A DNA stretch of 53,864 bases, counting the filler, from Dimargaris cristalligena (taxonomy: Eukaryota): the NCBI GenBank assembly GCA_003614675.1. It is 2 parts of 2 records of this genome, joined end to end, with 100 filler letters (N's around TTAATTAATTAA, not from the genome) between each part and the next. Parts side by side here need not be neighbours in the genome. Positions count along the whole stretch, not along the records: positions 1 to 26,895 come from ML002532.1; 1 more part is not named here. The stretch is one strand, 5' to 3'. The position numbers and the translations under genes are program-made. Positions 1-11,600 of the stretch are shown piece after piece (position 1 is the first letter of the stretch; each line of letters opens with the position of its first letter). The notes beneath the pieces were generated by a model. That model was not told the origin of the DNA. It did no database searches and worked only from the letters and a program-made list of their open reading frames with translations.

Positions 1-896
1 GGTACTTGGATTGGCTAGCGGATTAGGTGAGACTCGATAGACTAAAGGGTGGCTATAAATAATTCATTACATACTATACGTCATTGGTTGGGTTGGGTTG
101 TATTGGAGCCATTGGGATCAATAATGGCGGTACAATAGTAGCTGGCTAATGTGGATGCTATACTAATGGCCAGCTAGTAGAGGATACTATTGCCATGGAG
201 TAAATTTGGCACTAGTTGGGTAGGTAAATATTGTGATATTTAAATGACGAGTCGAAGAGTTTCGAGTGGAGAACAGCTGGTAAGGCCCGCGGCCTAACCT
301 GCCGAACAGCTGATTTGGTCTGCCTATATAGTTTGGGGGGTTCCTACAGCCGGTTGTAGTAAAGAAATGCCAGTGATAAGCTCTCCATTCAAATCTAAGT
401 GAAAGTAAAGCGACTACAGTGGCCAAAGGATTTTAATGTGGAGGAATACGAGCGACAACATCGAGACTACTTAGGGTTGGATACTGAAACTGACGGCACT
501 GAGCATGGCCCCTCCCCCGGCTCCATCAAGGCATTACTGATAGGACAAGCCTGACAAATAGTAATACTTCGATAGACCTCTGGCAAGGCTCGTGCTGAGC
601 CCGTCTCTTATGAATACCCACTTGGACTAGTTCGTGGGGACAAGCTTTGCATCCCAACCATGCCGCCTAAAACACTGCCAACTGCAGGCGAAGCATTACC
701 CCGTCACTAATACACTGCCCGCTTTAGCGCTGACTCCTCTATTCCAGCCAAGGCGACTTCTCCTTTCCATATTAAACTATCCCAGCCCCTTCTCTGCTCT
801 CCTCTTCAACTCCGCTCCCTGTTAGTTAGCTCTTTTTCTTCTCACACAGACAAATACAGCTATACTCAACTTCCATTGCTATTTGCCTATTTAACC

Positions 897-1577
897 ATGG
901 CCTCAATTACCACCCGTTATGCCCGCGCCAGTCTGACCCAACCGCTGTACTCCCCCACCCAACAAGTCTTCCGGGCCGCGGGCCTCCGCTGGTACTCGGC
1001 CCCTTCTTCCGCCACCCCCACCATCCAAGCCGGCCAGCCCCTCCCGAATCTGCCCCTGCAGTTCGAATCCCCCGCTACCGAACTCCCGGCGTTTGACCAT
1101 TTCGCCCGTTTCCCGCGGGCCCTGCTGGTGGGCGTTCCGGGGGCCTTCACCCCGGGCTGCAGCCAATCCCACCTCCCCGGGTTCATTAGCCGGGCCCAGG
1201 CCCTAGCCGATTTGGGCGTCCAACAACTGGGTTGTGTCGCCGTGAACGACGCGTTCGTTATGCAGGCCTGGGCCCAGTCCCTGCTGCAATCATCCAAAGT
1301 GGGAGGAAAGGGGGAAGGGACGTCAGGTCAGGCTACCGCCGTTGGGCCGCTGCCCTTTCAGTTTTTGGCTGATCCGCAGGCTAAACTGGTCGGGGCGCTG
1401 GGACTCAGTTTTGACGCCACCGCCGCTCTGGGTAACTGGCGGGCCCGCCGCTTTGTACTCATCCTGGAGAACGGTGTGGTCCGTGAAGTGCTGAGCGAGC
1501 CGGATAATGTTGGAATCACCGTGACCCGGGCCAGCCATGTCGAGGAGTGCTTGCGCAAGCTGTACCCGTCTAAGTGA
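897..1577 (+). CDS. PRX5: Peroxiredoxin, Prx5/Ahp1/Pmp20 (Redoxin) family, with probable mitochondrial presequence
   Basis: Single exon from ATG 897 (accATGg). Prx5 motifs are VPGAFTPGCSQSHLPGF (peroxidatic Cys), VAVNDAFVMQAW, FLADP and RARRFVLILENGVV. The N-terminal ~35 aa are Arg/Ser/Thr-rich with no acidic residues. Confidence 0.93.
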   Translation: MASITTRYARASLTQPLYSPTQQVFRAAGLRWYSAPSSATPTIQAGQPLPNLPLQFESPATELPAFDHFARFPRALLVGVPGAFTPGCSQSHLPGFISRAQALADLGVQQLGCVAVNDAFVMQAWAQSLLQSSKVGGKGEGTSGQATAVGPLPFQFLADPQAKLVGALGLSFDATAALGNWRARRFVLILENGVVREVLSEPDNVGITVTRASHVEECLRKLYPSK

Positions 1578-1986
1578 GCATACCTTGGGTAGGTCTAAAT
1601 CTAAATCATGCCCGCTGGTGGCAATGTTCCCAAACATCTAGTGAACGGTATTCGACTATTCCAGACTTTCCAGTATTAATTGTACGGATAAGGTCGAAAG
1701 AGCAATCCACTTGACATCACCACTTCCGGCTTTTCATTTCATTTGCCGATCTTGGTCGGCTGGCGTTCATAATGCCTCAGGTAGCATCACTCAATGAACC
1801 ACTCCCTCAGCATCGTATTTCATTTACTATGGCATTCATTTATTTGATCGTATGGACATGGATACGGCAGGGTTGGTATATGATTAAAATACATTTAATG
1901 TACGCAAAGAGAAGAATGCGGATATGGTTAATTTAAACAAGGCCAAGGCGACCACCACTAGAGTCGGTCTGGCTACCCAGTATGTA

Positions 1987-3171
1987 TTAGTAAAAGCGAC
2001 GGCGTTTAGTAGGGCTACCATCGCCCTCGTCTGGTTCGAAAATGGCCTGGTAGTTAATATCGCCAAGATCTTCGAAATCGAATGTGAATTCGTTAAATGA
2101 ATTGGGTACTAAGGTGGTTTGGGTATCGCCAGTGTCGGATTCGGGATGAGCGGATGGGTCGGGGGAGGGCGCCAAAATATTGGTGGGTTCAAGCAGCCCG
2201 GTACTGTTATCTTCGGAGGAGTGGCCATTAATGTCGATACTGGGCAGGCCGTCATCCGATGATGGAAGAGTACTAGGCACTGCTTCATCGGAAGGCACCA
2301 GAGGTTCGCGAGGCCGGTCAGGTTGGTCGGGATTATGCCGAGTCCGTCGAATGCGAGACTGTCGGAGGGAGGGTAAGGAAATAGCAGCGGGGGGTTGGGT
2401 GTCGGATGAAGCCCGGGTAGGGTTGGCTAGCCCAGGGATTGGTATGCTATCCCGCTGGACAGTCAGCGCAGCATCCGCTGTCCCAGTGGAGCGCTGAAGG
2501 GCTGGGTTGGCCAACCGCCTAGACGACTGCCGGGGGTTGGAGGATTTATTTTCTCGGCTACCCTCCGACTCGCTAGCTTGGGCTTCTGGTGGGGGCGCTT
2601 TACGCTTGGGTGACGGTCTTGGTAAAACGGTGGGAGTACTGGTTGGAAGCCCCGAGCTGGTAACCACGGTAGCAGATACCGATGATGACGAATTTGATGC
2701 AATAGTTAACGGAAGCGCTATAGTGGTTGGTGGTAAGGCTGGTGGTTGTAATGATGCCACGGCCGGTTTAATGTCGCTGACCCGGAGGGGCACCACCGGA
2801 AACTGTAGAATCCGCAGGAGTCGCCGATTAAGCGCTTTCCGACAAACGGGACATTGGTTAATCGTCTGAAGGGCGACTAGAATACAGGTTTCGCAAAAGA
2901 TATGGCCGCATGCGGTGAAGGTAGCGGGATCGGGGGCTTCCAGACAGATTGCGCATTTCACTTTGGGTAGCCGGCCTAGTTGGGCGCGGGTAACGTCGAG
3001 CGAAGAGGGAAATGGTGTAGTAGTAGTACTGCCGCTGGTTACGGCAGCCGGCATCGTGGGCGAGGGGGCAATGGTGCGACGGGTTAGGGGTGCTTTCGAG
3101 TGTTTGCGGGGGTGAGCGGCGGCGAGGGTCCAACGATTGGGTTCAGCTGAACCGCTGGGTGGGGGATTCAT
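1987..3171 (-). CDS. C3HC4 RING-finger protein (putative E3 ubiquitin ligase) with long disordered C-terminus
   Basis: 394-aa ORF containing CAICLE...CGHIFCETC...CPVCRK, followed by a Ser/Pro/Thr-rich tail ending in a basic NLS-like PTKRRRFY. Confidence 0.85.
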   Translation of the reverse strand: MNPPPSGSAEPNRWTLAAAHPRKHSKAPLTRRTIAPSPTMPAAVTSGSTTTTPFPSSLDVTRAQLGRLPKVKCAICLEAPDPATFTACGHIFCETCILVALQTINQCPVCRKALNRRLLRILQFPVVPLRVSDIKPAVASLQPPALPPTTIALPLTIASNSSSSVSATVVTSSGLPTSTPTVLPRPSPKRKAPPPEAQASESEGSRENKSSNPRQSSRRLANPALQRSTGTADAALTVQRDSIPIPGLANPTRASSDTQPPAAISLPSLRQSRIRRTRHNPDQPDRPREPLVPSDEAVPSTLPSSDDGLPSIDINGHSSEDNSTGLLEPTNILAPSPDPSAHPESDTGDTQTTLVPNSFNEFTFDFEDLGDINYQAIFEPDEGDGSPTKRRRFY

Positions 3172-3753
3172 GGGGCGAACTAAGGGGACCTCAATAGACC
3201 AAAAAAAAAAAGATATACCTGGGGGACAGGCAGAAATGCGACTAAGCGAATGTTGGACGGCGGTCCGTGAGCTATAAAATGCAAAGGTATTCTATAATGG
3301 GAGTAATTCTGAGGCACTAGGAGGGCGAAGGAATAATGCTTAGATGCTATCCCCTGGCAATTAGGAGTCGGTCCGATTGAAAAGCAAAGTATAAGGAAAA
3401 TAATTCGAAAATACGCAGTATTGGTTAAACTATCGAAGGGCAAAGATAAAGCGGGTCGACTAACAAGGACAAAGACACTGGAATCTACTATTGAAGGCTA
3501 TCCTAGGCTTGTGGGGAGGGAAATTCCACTGACCCTTTATAAGCCAAACAGACCCCAAAACAGTACTCGTTCGTTGGTTATGGTTGGCTAGCCTCGTCAC
3601 TCTTGTTTAGATTGTGTGGTACTCTGAATATACTATCTTCTATTTCTACCTTGGCCTAATTGTAAGGGCCTACTACTACTATTACCAAGTGCTTTAGCAT
3701 TCTCATATTCCATTTATCCCGTTTAGCTACTCCCTCTTTTATGAACCTACCCC

Positions 3754-5100
3754 ATGGTCAATCTTCTTATTGGAACCACCGGAAGTGTTGCTAGCATCAA
3801 AGTGCCCGAGCTTGTTGCAGGGTTCTACGGAATTCCAAACGTAAGACCCATTGCAAAGCGTCACCCCTTTGTGCCCGAAGCCTCGCTCTAAACGACATGC
3901 CCTTGTTGTGCTGAATGACAACCGACATGGTCATAAAAGCCACCCAGTATGGTGGAGGAAGCAAGCCCACCTGCTGCTATAGGACCACACCTTCTTACCT
4001 CACCGCTTCTTTTCTACACTGCTGATTAATCATGGGTATCGCTGTGGCTGTTAACACCCTTGGACCAATCATGCTTCAGGTCCACGTTAAGGTCATTTCA
4101 ACTCAAAACTCCCTCCGGTTCTACAGCCCCAGCCAGCTTAATGGGGCAAAACTGTATACCGATGAGGGCGAATGGCAGGTACGTATTAATGATTACGGAC
4201 ATCGTTCTATAGCTTTACCGACGGGAGTATAGGATCAGCAGGAACCTAAGATACAACACACACCTCATAAATACCACGGACGGTTTACATAACCAGACCA
4301 TTTTCCTTTTATCTGGCTAATTGTGAAATTTATTAGGTATGGTCCAAGAAGGGTGACCCTGTAGTTCACATTGATCTACGCAAGTGGGCCGATATCATGG
4401 TGGTGGTTCCACTGGACGCCCATACCCTGGCCAAGATAGCCAACGGCCTTTGTGATAACCTACTCGTAAGTGCCCACACCTCCCTGGATTAACTCTTATT
4501 GACCATACACTATCCCGCCGGGCCTTGCGACTGCCTTTAGCTTGGCGCTATATTAATCAAGCGTCGACTTCGATTTTTTTATTTTGAAATCCTGGTTGTT
4601 GTTATTTAACAGACCTGTGTACTACGGGCCTGGGACTTTTCAAAGCCATGCATCGTGTGCCCGGCCATGAATACTCATATGTGGGATCACCCATTTACGG
4701 CCAAGCACCTTCGGGTCCTTACCGAAGAGCTGGGAATCAAGGTGATTAGCCCTATAAGCAAACTATTGGCGTGCGGAGATACAGGTAAGCCCTAATTCCG
4801 CTGGATAATTATGTGCAATGGTTCACCATGAGGGCTAATGGTGGGTTATGGATTAAAGTCGAAGACCGTCGACCGCAAGCTGGTCCATTGCTAATATGAG
4901 GTATATTTAATAATACCCTTGTTACAAACCTTCTGAATATACAACTGGGAAATAACTCAACTCGGTCACCGTATTTATCCTGAAATGACGTAGGGGTCGG
5001 CGCAATGGCTGAGCCGCAGGATATTATTACCCGTGTCCAAAGCTATATGAACGATCTGATACCCTCGCCCTCGCCGAAGGATCAAAAACTCTGTAACTAA
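3754..5100 (+). CDS. PPCDC: Phosphopantothenoylcysteine decarboxylase (HFCD flavoprotein, Hal3/PPCDC family), 5 exons, 197 aa
   Basis: Exons 3754-3840, 4080-4178, 4337-4465, 4613-4784, 4994-5100, all GT-AG and frame-consistent (594 nt). The translation has LLIGTTGSVASIK, YTDEGEW, DPVVHIDLRKWAD, PLDAHTLAKIANGLCDNLLTCVLRAWD, PAMNTHMWDHP and KLLACGDTGVGAMAEP. Confidence 0.95.
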
Positions 5101-8100
5101 ACCATTACATAGTGCCGGGGGTCATGAATGATGCCTATGTATGTATTCACCACACTGACTAGGGATCGTCTGACTTGACTAGACTCGGCAAAGCAGCCTG
5201 TATTCTACTGCGATAAGTCTTCATTTGCTTTAAACGATTGCCACCCCCCTCCTTTTTTTTTGCAGTCTATATTACTGTGTCTTGCTGGCCCTGGCTAACG
5301 AATGGCCAGTCTAATTAAGCAAATGCATCAATGAATGGAATGATCCCGAGAGAGTTAGACCGGGGGAAATGAATGATGCTAATGATGATTGGGGTAATAT
5401 ACCGCAATAGGGGGTTTACATACTCTCCTTTTAATACAGCTAGTTGCAATACCCCGGCTCAACTATAGTATAAGGGTTGTATCCGGTTCATTTATCCATC
5501 TACGCACACGTCTATCTAAACCTGGGCTCTATACGATGATGCTCACACTGTACACCAATAAAATCGTGGGGTAGATTTACCCCATTTATACATCGGGTCG
5601 TTGGATAAGCGCCTATGTTATCGAGGTACGGTCAGGTGGGTATGGTTAAATAAGTCAAATTAGGGTTCCGCACATGGTTCGCTTCACTGATTGTAGCGTG
5701 GGCAAAAATCCTGTAGTAATGAACGTAAATGGGATTGGGCAGGGGCGGTTCGCCCGTATCCTACAAAAACCACTCAGAAGTGAGGCATGTCATGTTGGAA
5801 AAATTTTCAGGGCACCAGTGGAAATATGGCGAACCAATAACTAGGTTTAACGGGAGGTTCCAATAGTAGTGTAACTAAGGGGAATAGCGGAAAGGGCGCG
5901 CTATCCAGTCCTACTGTCATACCAAAAAAAAAACCCCCCAGTTATGTCCGGCGTAGAAGGGAGGTGCCACACCGTTGTTTCTAAAACTAGGCCAGACCAA
6001 AGCGGCACCATATGGCTGAATATAGCAAATATACCATGGCGAGTTTGCTATAGCTATAGCTAAGCGAGGCAGTAAAAGAAGATTCGGTGCCCCTGGTTTA
6101 ATATGAGGCTAGTGATTAATTGAAGCAGCGCATGGGTAATATCTCTTGTATCGGTAACAGAGTTTGAGCATACTAAAATATTAGGTTATTATGGTGTAAT
6201 GCCCAAAAGGATATGTGGTCAACCCCCTGACCAAAGAACGGGTCGCTTTACTCAGGCCGTTCGTTGTGGTTGGCTTACGAGGTAAGTGCTCCCTGGCCTG
6301 TGACGAAGTTCCCCCGAGCCATGGTGCCCCTGATACGGCCAGCGACCGCTAATTTGTGTAAAGAGGAAGACGGGGGATGTGCGGTGAACTATACGATGCG
6401 TTTATGGTACTGTTTGGGCCGAGTATCCCCCTAACGAAGGAGGGAGGGGGCAGCGAATTACGTTGGTACTATTAAAGTATACGACCACGCTTATACCCAT
6501 TGTATCGACACAGGGAGGGCTAAAAGGGAAGGGGAAGAGGAACCGTAGCAACATTCACAGAACGACACCCCCTCCCCCCACTACCACTGCAACGGGTTTA
6601 TTCGCGAAGTCGAGGCGGACAATGCCAGAGTGGGGGAGGGGGACAATGGGCTAGGGAGAGGGGCTTTCGGTCCCCCGTAACTAACTTTAAAACTACATTT
6701 GGTCTTCTTCCCCTTCCTCTCGCTCAGCCCCCGAATATCACTTCCCCCCTCCAACACTGTGGCCTGTCTCCGTGGCCCTTTGATATCCTCTACCCCTCGG
6801 GTATCCGCGCCACTTGGGTTCGCTAGGGGAAATGCCCTTTTTTAATGGGGCGACCTTGGGGGATTTAGTGGACGCGCAAACGATAAAGGAAGAGGATGAA
6901 TGGAGAAGGAAGAGGGGAAATCGAATCACCGCACGGGACCCACGCCAGTCGAGGATATGGAACAGAGACGCCCCCACCATCCGGCTGCCCTGGGCCTTTG
7001 TCCTCGCTCGGTTTTATATTATACTAATATAATCCCAACTCTAGACTCCGCAGTGTGCTAAAGTTGATGCGCTCCCTCCCCCCTTCTCCTTTATCCCACT
7101 AGTCTTTAGTGGGGGGCCTCTATTAAATACCACGCACCTCCCTCGCCTTCCAATGCCCTGTTTTGCACCAAACTATTACTACCAAATTGCCATTGAATTA
7201 CATGATTGAGTTTACCACTTACTATTGCTTCTATTTTCATTGAACATTCCATCCATTTTAGCGTACTATTCGAATTATATCCTTTCTATTACTACACCCG
7301 GCTCGCACTTCCCTCGGATATACCGCTCCCGCCACATTGTCTTTAACGGACCAAACCATATTCCACGTCGCGCTTATTTCCAAGCCGGTCCTTGGCCAGC
7401 TGCCCCTATTTCCCCTGGCGTCGTTCCCCGGTCTAACTTACAATACTATATCACTCGGTAAGTAGAAATTGGTACCTCCTACCAGCCTTGCGGCTCACAG
7501 CCACCCCAACCCATTGAGACATTGGGAGAGGGAGGCATCTTTGTCCTGGACCATTTATATGAGGCGGCTACTCACCCCCACATATATATGCGCATGTACC
7601 CTTCACTCCCACACCAACGACTTGTCTAACCGTCAGGCAAAGCCTTATAATCCCTGTTCTGTATGCATGTATGTATGCATACTATATACCTATCACCCAT
7701 TCCCGCCCCCTTCCTCGTTACTTCTCTTCCTTCTTGCCTCCCTTCCTTATTTTCCTCGTTTATCTAAAATTCGACCTCCTGGTTGAACCGCACTATATCC
7801 CCGACCTCCACAATTCGACAGTCCTCTACTGAACAGCTCACCATTCCCGACTCAGTAGTCCGAATTCCTTGCGTTTTTGCTTGCAGTGGCCGGAACCCCC
7901 TCCCCTTTACCTCGGTTACAATATCCCTCCACCCGCGCACACACTCGCCCTTTCGTGGGCCATTGCGTTACCTGCCCAACCGACCAGCCCCGCTTTTCCA
8001 TCGGCACCGCCGACCCCCACTATAAAGGACCAATGCACCCGGTGGCCACCCACAACTGCGGTGATTTATTTTAGCTCCCATACTATATACACCCTTCCCG

Positions 8101-8650
8101 CCGTTTCCCCCGTACTACGGCCCTTGTGATTATACGTCTTAATGATCGGTCCTGCAGGCGACCTTTTGTCATATCCCAGTCTCGCAGTCCACTTCCGGTA
8201 TTTTGCTCAACGTTTGTATCACCACGCTATCCCTATAAGTCTACTACTGAGTCGCGTCCCAGACCGTCCTCCACTGTGCGGTTGGCCGCAAGCAGCGAGG
8301 CCCCCCCTCCGCTTTAGTAGGGACTTCGTTGGTGTATCTCCGCTTCCCCTTGGTAGTAAATTGACCAGCCCATACTGAACCTACAGAAGTGTCTCTCACA
8401 CACCACCACTTGGTCTATTTCCCGACCCTGTACTATTTTTATCCACCTCTGTCCCTCCTCCTTTACTCCGGTTTTGACCAACCGGACACCTAGTCTTATT
8501 TGATTCATTGCTATTATTCCCTTATTTGAACTCGCTTCGCCCTTCCCCCAAAACTTCATCCGTACGTCCGTCCGTTCGTTCCCCGCCTCTTCCCGGCGTA
8601 ACCTACCGAAAAGTTCAATTTCCGACTACACCCCCCTACCGAACCCAGCC

Positions 8651-11600
8651 ATGTCCGCGCTCAAAAGTATGGACAGGTCCCGGCTAAGCACAGTTCTCCC
8701 GACTATCAAATGTTCAACGTGTGGACAAGATGTCAAGTTTAGTGACCTACCCGTCCATATCTGCCAATCGGAGGTACCCGAGTTACCAGCAGTTCCACTA
8801 TCCAAAGAACCCCGACCAACCAGCAATTTCCCCCCCCAATTTCAGCGACGGCCCTCCCGTTTTCGGAAAAGTAAGTTAGCCCCTTTTCTCTTTAATTGAT
8901 GATTTCCAGTGACATGTACAAGCAGCGGTGGCGTAGTTGGAATTGAGAGATTCCACAGTCTTTACTGTATTCCCCTTGATTAAGATGGTTTACCCACCAT
9001 TTGCATACCCGCTATTCCAGCCCCGTGTTTTTATTTATTTCTTTGGTTTTTGGAATAGCTTTACCCCGATGGGATTCCTACGCTAATTATTATTTCGGGA
9101 AGGGGGAGGGTCAATTTTGTGACTTTTATTCCTAGCGATGTTGCACCTTCTGTTGATGAACCCGATGTCTATAATTGGCACTCGATAGGCAGGGTAGACT
9201 GACATTCGGATTCCCGAGTATTTGGCAATGGGGGTATCGCTTTAACTTCTTGGCACGATTCTACGGGTGATTTCTTATTTTTTAACACGAATCCCCCTTT
9301 CCCCCCTATTACTACCCTGATACTGTGTAATCCAGAGCAGCTGGTTATTACACATTATAATCATGCTGCCTATTGGTTTACCCAAGGGGGGAGCTATTTT
9401 TGGCCGGTTTGTTCTCGGATGAAGGGTGTAGGGGTGGGGCAGTGGTGGGAAGCGGTTTATTTTTGGTTGGATTACCCCCATTGGCTCATGACACACCCTT
9501 TCTCAACCTATCCCACAGTGGGGGCTCCGACGGAGCCATGTAGCTGTGGAGAAAGACCGAGAAGGGGGTGGCTATACACTCCACTGGCTTGGTATTGAGG
9601 GAGTGTGACTTTTATTAGATGATATTTTTATTTTATTACTCGACCTTCATCGATTTATTTTTACTCCGCTGTTCTTTTTTGGACGAGAATTGGGCACCAT
9701 TGGGCTACTCTTACCATTCTAGCTGTACCATTTTCTTGTTCTCTGGAACTAACCAGCTGCCCACAACACCGGTTGGTGCCTGGATGTGGGAAGACCTTCA
9801 CCTGTAACCAGTTGGGAACCCCATTATTATCCACTATTAAGCTACATTCTACTCCTTGAGCCACCGCCACCCCCTCGCCCTGTAGCTACCTGAGCTATTG
9901 GATCTATTTTGGTCCTTCATGTTCATGAGCACATTTCTTTACTCGCTCCACAGTGGTTCAGTTTCGCCTACAGTCCAACTACTACTAGTAGCATTCTGAT
10001 TTTCGCCCACCTGGTGCCTGAATTAGACATACACCGCAACCTTGACCCCTTCCCCCCCCCCCCGCCCTACCCATTCTCGTTTTTATTTTCAGCTCTACCT
10101 TTTATATTACTCGGGCTTAGTCTCGCTGTATTTGTTTATAGTTCGCTCGCTGGTATTCACACCATGTGTGGCCTGGGATATACTCGACAGTATTCAGTCT
10201 AGCGTTACTCCTGATTGCCATTTCTCCCACCAACCATACTCGTTTCACCTAAGGTGGCTCTAATGGTGCTGAACTTAATCAGGTAGCCCGCCCAATCTCG
10301 GCGGCTTTAATCAGCACCCAGCTGTGGTACCATTCTGGCTATCAAGGTGTGTGTGGTAGCGGACTAGTTTTTTTTTTAAAAAAAAGACACACATTGGGGT
10401 AGCGTTTCCGCGTACGCAGTGACATTCTTTTATTTCACTCAGTAAGGGGGCTTGAAGGCTTAAAGGGGCGGCTGGTGGAGAAATACTCGTCTTATTTGGG
10501 CCTACATAATGCAAAGTGGCACCTTAACCCACCACTGTTTTCGGCCGTCATGTACGAGTAGATCCATTTTAGTATACTTTTGCCTATCATTCCTTTGTTC
10601 ATTTATTGCCCGGCTGTAAAATCGCCCCCATTGCGAGGCAGCGGTAGGATTTCCTCATATTCCTTACCCAGCTTTGAATGGCATGTGTGTACGCACTAGT
10701 CTAGCACTATCCATGCTGCCTTTTTCTTACTTTTCCCTTTATAGACTTGCTTTTATACCACCCCTCTTTTTGTCTTACCCCTCCTTTATATTCATTACTT
10801 TAGCCTGCTCTTCTCCTACGGACTTATCACCAGCGTCTACTTATGAGTCTGTTGGATGTTGGGATGTAGGCGTCTGTGGTTGATATCATCGTTCCATTTT
10901 TGCTTATTCTGATCTGCTACGATTTATTCATTTTCCATTGTCGGTGCGATATTTGGGGGCTCTGTGTCTATCTTTATCATATAATCTCTTACCTTTCGAG
11001 GTGACTGTCTGGTCCTCTCTTACTGCTCCCTCTTAACCGTAAACGATAGATAATCCACCCTCATCCATCTCCACCCCTGCCCCCCTCTGCCATTGCATTT
11101 GTGCATATATTTGATGAAGCTGGTATTCTCCTCTGCTCCAGCTTCTCTTTCCCCCCGAATCTGTTTAATCGATACCCCCCACCTTCTCCCTTGCCTTCTA
11201 CCCCTTGGGCGCCGGTTGTTTACTTTTTATGCCCCCCTCCCTCTCCTGTATATACTGCCACTACGTGAAACCTGGGTTAGTGCTGTTCAACGTCCATTAC
11301 CCAATTATCCCATTGCCTTTACTACCTGTTTCCACTCTTCCTCGGATAACTTGGGCACTTTTACTTGCTCCTAGGCGGCTGCATTTTAGAAGAGCTCTAA
11401 TCCAACTCAACTCGCAGTTGTTGTTTACCCTACCGACATTGTTGACACCCAGCTCCCTGTCGACTTTGGGTATATCAGCAATATTATATATCCATACTTG
11501 CTAAGAGACGCATACACCATTCTGATATAGGCCCACACTAACTGTATGCGTGAATATCCTTCTGGTAGTATTGCGCAGTGCCAGTCTCTCATTCACTCTT

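Noticed and set aside
480..530. AGCATGGCCCCT matching part of U6 snRNA
   Set aside because: Only ~12 nt match. The ACAGAGA box and downstream CAAGGATGAC are absent.
1575..1592. Possible stop readthrough or selenocysteine at the peroxiredoxin TGA
   Set aside because: The context is TGA-GCA (not TGA-CTA), the extension AYLG* is not a PTS1, and the catalytic residue is an ordinary Cys.
6021..6052. 9-bp inverted repeat TATAGCAAA/TTTGCTATA
   Set aside because: Short and AT-rich, expected by chance in 54 kb.
7277..7285. ATATCCTTT resembling a U12-type AT-AC donor
   Set aside because: No associated coding exon or U12 branch/acceptor could be identified.
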